Shown: positions 8,517 to 16,801 of the stretch, piece after piece
Position numbering within the stretch: the stretch's first letter is position 1
Layout: every line of letters starts with the position of its first letter
Sequence record: NC_034620.1
Reading direction: 5' to 3' (one strand)
DNA length: 36,391 nt
The notes under the pieces: model-generated
What the model was told of the DNA's origin: nothing
Seen by the model: the letters and a program-made list of their open reading frames with translations, nothing else
The model's database searches: none
Position numbers and translations under genes: made by a program

Positions 8517-8659
8517 GAGTAATAACAGTAAAAATTGAAGAAGATCTTTTGCAAAAACTTGATAAATATGCTATGAATCATAAATTAAACAGATCTGAAG
8601 TAATTAGGCAAGCGCTAATGGAATTCTTGAGACCAAATACTACAACATATGATAGTTAA
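8513..8659 (+). CDS. Second RHH (CopG-like) protein (48 aa; not in ORF track)
   Basis: [39 protein letters not shown]...; ATGA overlap with svtR. Confidence 0.85.
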   Translation: MRVITVKIEEDLLQKLDKYAMNHKLNRSEVIRQALMEFLRPNTTTYDS

Positions 8660-8714
8660 AAATAAATTAATATATCTTTTTTTATTTTTCATTTTCTGAC
8701 AAATATATTTTCAT

Positions 8715-8957
8715 TTATCTCTTCTTTTTTAATCTTTCAATTTCAGCTTTAAGTTCATCAATTTCATCATAAATATCTGCAAAGATATCATAAATTACTA
8801 CATATATAATTGCAAAAATTCCAGATGCAAAAAATGTTGATATTATAACTATTGGCATATTTTTTACAAGAATTCCTAATGACATGACTATTAAAGCTAA
8901 AGACATTAAAGCTAAAAAAATTAAGAAAACTATTATTTCACGAAATTCTCTTTCCAT
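8715..8957 (-). CDS. Small membrane protein, 2 TM plus coiled coil (80 aa)
   Basis: Two hydrophobic segments then DIYDEIDELKAEIERLK. Confidence 0.8.
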   Translation of the reverse strand: MEREFREIIVFLIFLALMSLALIVMSLGILVKNMPIVIISTFFASGIFAIIYVVIYDIFADIYDEIDELKAEIERLKKKR

Positions 8958-8969
8958 TTTTTTTCGTTT

Positions 8970-9245
8970 TTATTTTTCGTTTTCTGACAAATTTATTTCT
9001 TGTCTTCTTTCTCTTTTTAATCTTTCAATTTCTAGTTCAAGTTTATTAATTCTTGTATCTAAATCATCTACCAAATCTATTATCCAAGTAAAAATTATTG
9101 CTAACAAAATTGATGCAATTGCGGAATATAAAACTATATTTTGTAGATTTTTAGATAAAATTCCTTCAGAAAATATTAAAAGTATATTAAGTATTACAAT
9201 TGAAAGAATTATAGAAATATATAACCTAAAAGCTAATTTACCCAT
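8970..9245 (-). CDS. Small membrane protein, 2 TM plus coiled coil (91 aa), paralog of the previous gene
   Basis: Same architecture; DLDTRINKLELEIERLK. Confidence 0.8.
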   Translation of the reverse strand: MGKLAFRLYISIILSIVILNILLIFSEGILSKNLQNIVLYSAIASILLAIIFTWIIDLVDDLDTRINKLELEIERLKRERRQEINLSENEK

Positions 9246-9300
9246 ACTTTGTCATTCTTATTTTTCGTTTTCTGACAAATTTATAAGTTTCTATTTCAAG

Positions 9301-9435
9301 TCATTTTGAAGACTTAGGCTTATGTTCTTGATGAAGTTCATAATAAGCCTCAATTAACATTTTTCTGAATTCTTCTAAATCTTCTTTACTTTCAATTACT
9401 AAAAACTTTTCTCCATTTTTTTCTTCAATTCTCAT
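9301..9435 (-). CDS. Small charged protein (44 aa; not in ORF track)
   Basis: Hand-translated MRIEEKNGEKFLVIESKEDLEEFRKMLIEAYYELHQEHKPKSSK; TTTTTAAATGTC promoter upstream at about 9455-9467. Confidence 0.65.
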   Translation of the reverse strand: MRIEEKNGEKFLVIESKEDLEEFRKMLIEAYYELHQEHKPKSSK

Positions 9436-9491
9436 ATATGAATATTTGTTATTAGACATTTAAAAAACTTTACTTTATCTTTAATTCTGAA

Positions 9492-9803
9492 TTAAAGAAT
9501 TTCACCTTGTTCAGTTTTATCGACTTTACCACAAATTACAGTAATATTAAACATATTTCTATTATATCTCCAATTTACTTTTATTAATTCTGGTCGTCTG
9601 AAAGTTTTAATTATATAATTTACAATTCCTAGACCTCTTTTTTCATAAAATTTTATTGTTACATTCATTATAATTTTTATAGTTACTAAGTTTTCATCTT
9701 CTAAAACTAAATAATCATAAACATTATCAGAGTAACGATTTTTTAACCATTTAAAAATTTGAACTACATATTTTCTACATTCATATTTGACAAGATCATT
9801 CAT
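9492..9803 (-). CDS. Conserved rudiviral hypothetical protein (103 aa)
   Basis: ORF divergent from the capsid gene; TATA+GTC upstream at about 9820-9832. Confidence 0.8.
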   Translation of the reverse strand: MNDLVKYECRKYVVQIFKWLKNRYSDNVYDYLVLEDENLVTIKIIMNVTIKFYEKRGLGIVNYIIKTFRRPELIKVNWRYNRNMFNITVICGKVDKTEQGEIL

Positions 9804-9921
9804 ATTTTAAATTTCATGATCTGACAATTTAATAGTTTTTTTAAAAATAGAAGATAGTATATTAGATGATTAATAATTCTCTTAATTATTGTAGTATTTT
9901 AGTTTAAAATCTTGTCAACTC

Positions 9922-10001
9922 ATATACATAATATAATGTATATAGCTTTGGTTTTGAATTTTACGCCAATTTCATCAACTTATATACATTATATAGTATA
10001 T
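9922..10001 (+). promoter_or_regulatory. Two palindromic upstream sites of the capsid promoter
   Basis: ATATACAT-AATATA-ATGTATAT (9922-9943) and ATATACAT-TATA-TAGTATAT (9982-10001), both preceded by TCAACT, 60 bp apart. Confidence 0.7.
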
Positions 10002-10051
10002 ACGGCGTGAAAATTTATATTGTAGCAATTTTAAATATTAATTGACCAAAA

Positions 10052-10456
10052 ATGGCAAAAGGAAGAACACCAAGATCCTATAGTCAAAGGTATGCAAAAT
10101 GGTCAGCTAAATTTGCATCATTTTCAAATCCTACCGTAGCATCTACTATATTATCAAATGTTGCACCAGTTGCACAACAAAATTTCCAAACAAATGTTCC
10201 AAAATTTACTAGCGTAAATGAACAAGTTTCTAGCGTATTGTCAGAATATGGAATTACTGGTCCTAACAGAGCCATTTACCAAGGCTTTGGTTTGAAGGTA
10301 GCTAGAGCTTTAAATAGGTTGGGAGGAGGGCCAGCACTTGTTAACATGATAAATGGTTTGAAAGCATATTATATTTCAGCATTTAATGCTAATCCTACAG
10401 TATTAGATGCAGTTACTAATATAATTACTGGATCTCCAACTGGATATGTAAGCTAA
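10052..10456 (+). CDS. Major capsid protein (134 aa, SIRV ORF134/gp26)
   Basis: MAKGRTPRSYSQRYAKW...GPNRAIYQGFGLKVARALNR...GSPTGYVS; highly similar to recalled SIRV2 MCP. Confidence 0.98.
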   Translation: MAKGRTPRSYSQRYAKWSAKFASFSNPTVASTILSNVAPVAQQNFQTNVPKFTSVNEQVSSVLSEYGITGPNRAIYQGFGLKVARALNRLGGGPALVNMINGLKAYYISAFNANPTVLDAVTNIITGSPTGYVS

Positions 10457-10567
10457 AAAATTATAGAATATCTTTTAAGCTATTTTATTTTTTTATTTTT
10501 TCTTTTTCAGAACTTTAGTTCAAATTTAAAATTTTAAAAAAATCACTTTTAACTTTTTAACTTGAAA

Positions 10568-10738
10568 TTAATCATTATCATCAATTTTTGTTTCTATATA
10601 CTCATAATTTGTTTTACTTATTCTTTTACAATCACTAATTTTTACATTAGGATGATGTTTTTTCAAATGTGTAATCATAGCTTTTCTAGTTCTCGTTAAA
10701 TGTTGACAAATTGGACACTCGAACAAAAAGATGCCCAT
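10568..10738 (-). CDS. C2H2 zinc-finger protein (56 aa)
   Basis: CPICQ...HLKKHH; ATG 10738 fits the minus-strand TATA at 10762-10769 better than the track start at 10774. Confidence 0.82.
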   Translation of the reverse strand: MGIFLFECPICQHLTRTRKAMITHLKKHHPNVKISDCKRISKTNYEYIETKIDDND

Positions 10739-10742
10739 GATA

Positions 10743-10769
10743 TTTTTTAATGTCATGACATTTAAAAAA
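10743..10769. promoter_or_regulatory. Bidirectional promoter with palindromic core AATGTCATGACATT (10749-10762)
   Basis: TATA-like T6AA on each strand flanks the palindrome; ATGs at 10738 (-) and 10775 (+). Confidence 0.7.
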
Positions 10770-10774
10770 TTCAC

Positions 10775-11782
10775 ATGAAAACTACAATTTTGACCATGAA
10801 CTATTCCTCAATTCGTAATGTTTCAGAGGATATTGCACAAGTTTTACGAAAAAATGGAGAAATTGTAACAATTTCAACAAATCCATATTTAATTCCACAA
10901 TCTGATAAATTAATAATTTTTATGCCTTTCCATCCACCATCTCTAAATCCATATTTGTATGCATTTAGAGAATTTAAAGGTAAGAAGTATTTTTATACAA
11001 CTTGTGATGGTTTACCTAATACAAATATTGTAAATCAATATCTATTAGAAAATATAATATTTATTCCAAATTCAAAGTTTACAGCTCAAAATCTTCAAGA
11101 AGTTGGTCTTCAAACTGATCTTCCAGTTTTCCACGGTATAAATTTTGAAATTGTAGAAAAAGCTGAAAAATTAGCTATTCAATTAAAGCAAAAGCTGGAT
11201 AAAGATTTTCCAAATTCCATAAAATTTGGAATTGTAAGTGGTTTAACTAAAAGAAAAAATATGGATCTTATGATAAGAGTTTTCCAAGAAATAAATACTA
11301 AAATTCCAGAATTAGCCAAGAAAATCCATTTCTTTGTAATTTCTCATAAAGCATTTAAAGATTTTGAAGTTCCTGAAAATGTGCATTTTGTTTCAGAATT
11401 TGGTCTAAATCCAAGAGAATACATTTTTGCATTCTATCGCTCCATGGATTATATGATAGTTCCTTCTGGAACTGAGGGCTTTGGACTTCCAGTTTTAGAA
11501 AGCATGGCCATGGGAACGCCGGTCATTCATCAACTTATGGCACCGTTTGATGAATTTACCTCATGGCAGTGGAACCTTTTGATTAAATCTTCAGAAGTTG
11601 AAGAATATTATGATAAAACGCATGGGCAAAAATGGAAAATTCATAAATTTGATATTCATGACATGATAAATGCAATATTAATAGCTTCAGAACTTCAAGA
11701 TAGAGATGAGAGAAATAAAAATTTAAGAGAGTTAGCAAGAAAATATAATATAGAAAATTTATATGTCAGATTTTTAGAGTGA
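10775..11782 (+). CDS. GT4-family glycosyltransferase (SIRV ORF335 type)
   Basis: KRKN, EGFGLPVLESMAMGTPV signature; adjacent to the capsid gene as in SIRV2. Confidence 0.93.
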   Translation: MKTTILTMNYSSIRNVSEDIAQVLRKNGEIVTISTNPYLIPQSDKLIIFMPFHPPSLNPYLYAFREFKGKKYFYTTCDGLPNTNIVNQYLLENIIFIPNSKFTAQNLQEVGLQTDLPVFHGINFEIVEKAEKLAIQLKQKLDKDFPNSIKFGIVSGLTKRKNMDLMIRVFQEINTKIPELAKKIHFFVISHKAFKDFEVPENVHFVSEFGLNPREYIFAFYRSMDYMIVPSGTEGFGLPVLESMAMGTPVIHQLMAPFDEFTSWQWNLLIKSSEVEEYYDKTHGQKWKIHKFDIHDMINAILIASELQDRDERNKNLRELARKYNIENLYVRFLE

Positions 11783-11845
11783 CTTCAAGAGCTGATTAAT
11801 CGAAAAATTTATATGCTTTATATGATATATAATTATAGTGAGAGT

Positions 11846-11971
11846 ATGGAGGAAGTAATAATTGAATGTAAAGGTCTTACAAAGTTTCATGTAAAGAAAA
11901 AGAAAGGTATACAAATTAAAAATATAATAAATATGTGCAAAGATTATGGCTTGGAAGTGAAGGTGTATTAA
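11846..11971 (+). CDS. Small basic protein (41 aa; not in ORF track)
   Basis: MEEVIIECKGLTKFHVKKKKGIQIKNIINMCKDYGLEVKVY; TTTATAT promoter and GTGAG RBS upstream; ends 3 nt before the next ATG. Confidence 0.6.
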   Translation: MEEVIIECKGLTKFHVKKKKGIQIKNIINMCKDYGLEVKVY

Positions 11972-11974
11972 AAA

Positions 11975-12274
11975 ATGCCAAAATTCTATTATTGCTTTTT
12001 ATGTAAAACTACACTTGTTGGGAAAAAAGAATTCAAAAAACATGCACAGATACACTTTAAAAATAATAGATGTCCATATTGCAATATGAAAACTAAAAAT
12101 TTATCAATACATTTAGCATATTATCATTTACAATTTAGAAGAAAAGCAGTCTTATTAAGGGATTTAGCAATATTGTGCAAGGAAGCAAATACTACAAATA
12201 TTCTTCATGATAAAGATTTAAAAATTGATAATTACATCAAATTCAATATACAAAGAATGATGAAAAAGTTATAA
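11975..12274 (+). CDS. Double C2H2 zinc-finger protein (99 aa)
   Basis: CFLC...HAQIH and CPYC...HLAYYH. Confidence 0.85.
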   Translation: MPKFYYCFLCKTTLVGKKEFKKHAQIHFKNNRCPYCNMKTKNLSIHLAYYHLQFRRKAVLLRDLAILCKEANTTNILHDKDLKIDNYIKFNIQRMMKKL

Positions 12275-12350
12275 TTCTTTTTTTTAATACTATTTCTTTT
12301 GTCGAATGCTTTATATCTGTCATATTACATGTTTTTATTTACGTGAAAAA

Positions 12351-12551
12351 ATGGTAAACAAAATAGACATAATAAAAATTCACATATTATCTAAATTAGA
12401 ATATGAATTAATAAATGAAATAGTACAGAATAAAGAATTTGATGATAAAGACATAGTTGATATTTTAATGTTAATAAAAAATATTTTAAATGAAATTGAT
12501 ACGACTTTAACAATTTTAATAAGAACAACACAAAAAAATAACAATTTATAA
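12351..12551 (+). CDS. Hypothetical helical protein (66 aa)
   Basis: ORF track 12306..12551; ATG 12351 fits the TTTATAT-CTGTCAT promoter at 12310-12323. Confidence 0.75.
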   Translation: MVNKIDIIKIHILSKLEYELINEIVQNKEFDDKDIVDILMLIKNILNEIDTTLTILIRTTQKNNNL

Positions 12552-12567
12552 ACTTAGAGGTGTTAAA

Positions 12568-12891
12568 ATGGAGATTATAAAAGATTATGCTTTAGATAAT
12601 TTAGATATAATGATAATTTTATCTATAGGGAAAAAAGGAAATTCAAGTAAAAAAATTCATGAAACAGTTATAGAACTTTCGAAATTATTAAATATAAAAA
12701 TTGATTGTATTGATAATTATTGTGAAGATGTTGCAGAAAGGATAAATTCTCCATCAAGAATTCCATTTTGGATTAAGGTCAATTATAGATATAGATTGAA
12801 CAAATTAGGAAGAATAGCATATGATATAATAATAGAAAAACTAAAAGAGAAAAAAAGAGAAGATATGTTAAAAATATTAGAAAAACTTTAG
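12568..12891 (+). CDS. Hypothetical protein (107 aa), possible winged-helix fold
   Basis: GAGGTG RBS; C-terminal YRLNKLGRIAY resembles a wHTH wing/helix pattern (weak). Confidence 0.75.
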   Translation: MEIIKDYALDNLDIMIILSIGKKGNSSKKIHETVIELSKLLNIKIDCIDNYCEDVAERINSPSRIPFWIKVNYRYRLNKLGRIAYDIIIEKLKEKKREDMLKILEKL

Positions 12892-13109
12892 CTCAATTTC
12901 TTTTTTATTTCTTCAATTTGTTGTTTTAATTCATTCTGATTTATTTTCAACTCTTCAATTTCTATTTTTAAATTTTGTAGTTCTGAATTAACTATTTCTT
13001 TAACTGCGTCTCTTAATGCATTCTTAATTTTTAAATAAAGTTGAACAATTGCAAATAATGTAGTTACAAATGTTGAAATTATAGTTAAAACAAGTGTATA
13101 CTCACTCAT
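12888..13109 (-). CDS. Small TM plus coiled-coil protein (73 aa), conserved rudiviral type
   Basis: N-terminal hydrophobic helix and long heptad tail; overlaps the upstream gene by 8 nt. Confidence 0.8.
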   Translation of the reverse strand: MSEYTLVLTIISTFVTTLFAIVQLYLKIKNALRDAVKEIVNSELQNLKIEIEELKINQNELKQQIEEIKKKLS

Positions 13110-13470
13110 CTTTGATCCCTTGTATTTCTTCTTCTAGATTATCTAAATTTGTATTTTCATCATTTTTGAATTTCTGGTAAACAGAATCAACTTGTTTCGC
13201 GTAAGGTTGTGGATAAACTACGCGAAAATCTGCGATATCAATTCTACCAGTTTTAGGATCTTTTGCAATTAAAAACTGGAAATAAAAAGTAAATCCGGGG
13301 ATATATAAATCTACAATCATGGGCAATTCTGAATTTTTCAAAACAATAATTGAATGAGGTAAATATTTACTAAGGCCATAAATTTGACCTTGAAGTTCTA
13401 GTTCTCTAATTTTGTCTATCGCGATTCTCACGGGACCGAAAATATTCGAAAACTCATCTTTAATTTGCAT
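13102..13470 (-). CDS. Conserved rudiviral protein (122 aa, ORF110-like), probably late
   Basis: ORF with the late-type palindrome at 13521-13542. Confidence 0.82.
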   Translation of the reverse strand: MQIKDEFSNIFGPVRIAIDKIRELELQGQIYGLSKYLPHSIIVLKNSELPMIVDLYIPGFTFYFQFLIAKDPKTGRIDIADFRVVYPQPYAKQVDSVYQKFKNDENTNLDNLEEEIQGIKDE

Positions 13471-13619
13471 GTTTATTTATTTCATAAAACAAGAATAAAT
13501 AAACTCAAAGCAAATTTGCTATATACATAATATTATGAATATACATTTGTTGATGAGTACGTAAAGCATGAGCGAAAACTTTTTATATTTCGAAAACCAA
13601 TATTATCTTGGTGAAAGGA

Positions 13620-13973
13620 ATGAGAAGTCAAAAAACACAAAACAAAAGTCAAAACAAGTTACTTTTTTGTAAATTATGTCCTTTTGTAGCCGAATCTTAT
13701 GAAGAATTAGATCATCACATAAAAATGAGTCATTCTTATGATGATGATATTGAGGAAGAATTTACGCCAATTTTTGTAGATAAAAAAACCTATGAAAAAA
13801 TGTTATATAATGATTATTTAAGAATTTGTAAAGGAGGAGGATGTATTATTAGACCACAAATTGATTTTGAAGATGACAAAAATGAAGTAAGAAGATTGTA
13901 CAAAGAATATTGTGAAACTTGTGAATTAAAGAAATTATTACTTTCTGAATTAAAGCAAAATGGAAAAATGTAA
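13620..13973 (+). CDS. C2H2 zinc-finger protein with extra cysteines (117 aa)
   Basis: CKLCPF...HHIKMSH, further C at CKGGGC and CETC; GGTGA RBS before ATG 13620. Confidence 0.8.
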   Translation: MRSQKTQNKSQNKLLFCKLCPFVAESYEELDHHIKMSHSYDDDIEEEFTPIFVDKKTYEKMLYNDYLRICKGGGCIIRPQIDFEDDKNEVRRLYKEYCETCELKKLLLSELKQNGKM

Positions 13974-14099
13974 ATTTATTAATTTTTTATTTTTTTATCT
14001 CTAATTTTTTTCATCTTTGTATTAATATTTCAGCTTTTTGAAATAAATAAAGCAAAAGATTTTCATATTTCAAAAACATATATCATATCAGGGATAAAG

Positions 14100-14237
14100 A
14101 TGAGCGTAAAAGAAATTGAACAACAAATAATTAAGTTAGCACATGAGTTCAGTAAAAAGTATGGACAAGAAATACTAGAATTAAATGAATATGAATTAAC
14201 AGCATATATAAATTCAAAGTTAGATTATGAATTTTGA
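14100..14237 (+). CDS. Small protein (45 aa; not in ORF track)
   Basis: MSVKEIEQQIIKLAHEFSKKYGQEILELNEYELTAYINSKLDYEF; own AT-rich promoter region. Confidence 0.55.
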   Translation: MSVKEIEQQIIKLAHEFSKKYGQEILELNEYELTAYINSKLDYEF

Positions 14238-14287
14238 AAATATTTTAATTTTTATCAATTAAAATTGTTAATACTTTTATCTAAATC

Positions 14288-14446
14288 TTAAGTTAATATT
14301 TTTAAAATTTTTTTCTTATCAATCTTTTTATCAGTTTTGCAAGGTATATAAAATCCTTCATGTAAATCATACGGTTCACCATACCATAATTTTTTATTCA
14401 AATTACATGGCTCAATATTCCAATCTTTTTTCTTTTTAATTATCAT
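14288..14446 (-). CDS. Small basic protein (52 aa; not in ORF track), downstream of the virion protein gene
   Basis: MIIKKKKDWNIEPCNLNKKLWYGEPYDLHEGFYIPCKTDKKIDKKKILKILT; starts 13 nt after the upstream stop. Confidence 0.55.
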   Translation of the reverse strand: MIIKKKKDWNIEPCNLNKKLWYGEPYDLHEGFYIPCKTDKKIDKKKILKILT

Positions 14447-14459
14447 GTTTATCAATTCT

Positions 14460-15860
14460 TTATCTTTCAGCTATGTTTTTAAAGTTTTTGTAATAGAAGA
14501 TTGGCTTATATTGTTTGGCTTTTGCAGACTTTTGAGCTAACTTAAGCGAATTTTCAACTTTTGCTTGACCTTGTAATTTCTCTCCAAGTTGTTGAGCAAA
14601 TTGCAAATCAACATTTGAAATTCCATAAAATGACCACTTATTCTTCCAATAATTCAAAAATTCATTATAAGGAAGTGTTCTTTTTCCAGTTGAATAACTA
14701 TAATTTTGTTGATAAGGATATCTAGCAATTTCCAAAATTGCTGAAGCTACCATTTTAGCATACCATATATTAGAATATTTCTTGTTTACAATTCTTTGGA
14801 CTTGTAAAAATTGTTCATATGAAACTGCATAATTTTCAATTTCAGAACTGTAAGTTATGTTTATTCCTCCAGGAGATGGGTCATATAAATGTTGTTTAAA
14901 CAAACTTCCAAATATTGAAATTACAGTTTTATCAGCAGACAAAATGGAAACTAAATCTAATTGTGTGATATTGTTTGGATTAAATTCTGGAATTAGAATT
15001 GATAAATCTAAAGGCGAATAATCTAATATCATTCCGAAAACGTTAGCAAAATTTTGTAAAATCATACCGTTTTGTAACTGGACTTTATACTCTGGACTTT
15101 CTTCAATTTCTGGAGCTAAAACACATCTGTCTAACCATCCAACATCTAAAGCAAATCCGCTATTAATTATATCATTTAAGTTAGGAATAAATGAAACTAT
15201 GAATTTTGCTAAATCTGGAAGTTGATTATAGTTTAAATTTAAAGCATTCAATAAATCACCAACTCCAGTGTCTTGAATATTAGAAAGTGAATAATTATCA
15301 ACATTTGGAATTTGAGTATTTCCAATTCCTAAAGTTTGTAAGTTAATACTAATATTTGAATAACTTAAACTATTAAAATATTGTTCTATTTTTTCACATG
15401 CATTATTTCTGTTAATAATTGTATTTGCTGACTGAAAAACACTTAAGTCAAAATATGTCTCATCAAAAACTGCAGGCTGATATAAAATTGAACAAAGATT
15501 TACATAATTATCATAAAGTTGTGTAGATTTGTTTATAAAATCAAGACCAGAAGTTTGACCATAAATTCCACTTTGACCTAATTGTAGAAAACTAAATGAA
15601 TTTGTATTTGGATTAAATATTGACATTGCTAAATTGTTTAATGCGGAAAGTAAAGATGAAATAATTGTAGCATATGCAATTCCATAATTAGTATTTATAC
15701 CTTTAGGAACTGAAATGTTCTCAAGCGGTGTTGGTAAAACTGATGAAACTCCAGCGTTAAACATTTGCGAAAAAGCGGGAAAAGTATTTCTATTTAGTAC
15801 TTTTTGATAAAGATGATATTTCATTTGTGCAATTGATCTTTGTCCTACTTTCCTACCCAT
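14460..15860 (-). CDS. Minor virion protein (SIRV2 ORF488 type, about 466 aa)
   Basis: Size, position and MGRKVGQRSIAQMKYHLYQKVLN start; ATG 15860 preferred over TTG 15884. Confidence 0.85.
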   Translation of the reverse strand: MGRKVGQRSIAQMKYHLYQKVLNRNTFPAFSQMFNAGVSSVLPTPLENISVPKGINTNYGIAYATIISSLLSALNNLAMSIFNPNTNSFSFLQLGQSGIYGQTSGLDFINKSTQLYDNYVNLCSILYQPAVFDETYFDLSVFQSANTIINRNNACEKIEQYFNSLSYSNISINLQTLGIGNTQIPNVDNYSLSNIQDTGVGDLLNALNLNYNQLPDLAKFIVSFIPNLNDIINSGFALDVGWLDRCVLAPEIEESPEYKVQLQNGMILQNFANVFGMILDYSPLDLSILIPEFNPNNITQLDLVSILSADKTVISIFGSLFKQHLYDPSPGGINITYSSEIENYAVSYEQFLQVQRIVNKKYSNIWYAKMVASAILEIARYPYQQNYSYSTGKRTLPYNEFLNYWKNKWSFYGISNVDLQFAQQLGEKLQGQAKVENSLKLAQKSAKAKQYKPIFYYKNFKNIAER

Positions 15861-15994
15861 AATTATTATATTTGTAAAAGTCAAAATAAAAACTTAATTC
15901 TAATATACAATATAATGTATATCAGTTTTACTCTTTGATCTCATCATATTCAATTCATAAAATATATATTTGTCATATTTTGAGTTACAAATAT

Positions 15995-16453
15995 ATGCAG
16001 TTACAATTTAGAATAGAAGAAGCGAAAAGTAAAGAATTAATAAAATTTGTAAGAATGCTTATTGACTTTTACCATTTTCAAGGAATGCCTTTGGGCGGTG
16101 GAGCTGGAAAAAATAGCAGATATTTTATGTATATTGCTAACGACAGTGAGCAAGATTTTATTGTAGCAGTGGCATGGTTACATGATAACACGCCATTTCG
16201 TTACATAGCTCAAGAATACAAAATTCCAGATAATAGAAGTTATTTTATTAGAAGAGTTACAAAAACAGCTCCTGGAGATTATGACATTAATTTTCTAGTT
16301 GATTTAGCTAAGAAGTTAAAAAGTGATGGATTTGAAGTACTTTGGACACTTGGATTTCCAGATCATTCAAATGCACTTTACAAGAAAGCTGGATTTCAAG
16401 AAGTTGGGAAAACAAATAGAACTGGACATCCAATTTTCATTAAAAAATTATAA
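15995..16453 (+). CDS. GNAT-fold acetyltransferase (SIRV ORF154 type, 152 aa)
   Basis: HSNALYKKAGF motif B; TATA+GTC at 15963-15977 supports leaderless ATG 15995. Confidence 0.88.
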   Translation: MQLQFRIEEAKSKELIKFVRMLIDFYHFQGMPLGGGAGKNSRYFMYIANDSEQDFIVAVAWLHDNTPFRYIAQEYKIPDNRSYFIRRVTKTAPGDYDINFLVDLAKKLKSDGFEVLWTLGFPDHSNALYKKAGFQEVGKTNRTGHPIFIKKL

Positions 16454-16729
16454 CTTATGTTTTTTAATTTTTTTTGCTACATATACAGATTCAATTATTG
16501 CAAGAAGTGTTTCAAGTTGAACATCATTATCGATAAGTACTCCAAAAAGATAACCAAAGAAAATAATTAAAGAATCCATACTTATTTTTTCATCTTTGTA
16601 GCTTTCTAAAAGATCATAAAAAGCATATTCTAGATAACTTACTTGTTTTTCTATAATTTTAAGTGAGTTTTCATCTGGATGAAAAGTTTCTTTAAAAACT
16701 TCTATTATTTTCTGTAAACCGGGATCCAT
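16448..16729 (-). CDS. Conserved hypothetical helical protein (93 aa)
   Basis: ORF with its own TATA+GTC promoter (16755-16767, minus). Confidence 0.8.
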   Translation of the reverse strand: MDPGLQKIIEVFKETFHPDENSLKIIEKQVSYLEYAFYDLLESYKDEKISMDSLIIFFGYLFGVLIDNDVQLETLLAIIESVYVAKKIKKHKL

Positions 16730-16801
16730 ATATCATCAATATAAAAATTTTTATATGACAAATTTAAACATATATATGTCATAATTTTTAAGTTTAATTT
16801 G

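Larger units (their letters stand above)
8682..9283 (-). repeat. Three direct copies of a 26-bp element (9258-9283, 8970-8995, 8682-8707)
   Basis: TTATTTTTCGTTTTCTGACAAATTTA is identical twice; the third copy matches 24/26. On the minus strand it reads TAAATTTGTCAGAAAACGAAAAATAA (TATA+GTC). Confidence 0.88.

Noticed and set aside
8282-8581. 99-aa minus-strand ORF
   Set aside because: Shadow of svtR and the second RHH gene, which have clear homology on the plus strand.
8884-9309. 141-aa plus-strand ORF
   Set aside because: Antisense to the two membrane-protein genes; low-complexity S/I/K/F composition; no promoter.
10084-10275. 63-aa ORF antisense to the capsid gene
   Set aside because: Fully nested opposite a highly conserved gene.
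16323-16520. 65-aa plus-strand alternative-frame ORF
   Set aside because: Overlaps the GNAT and 93-aa genes; no initiation signals.
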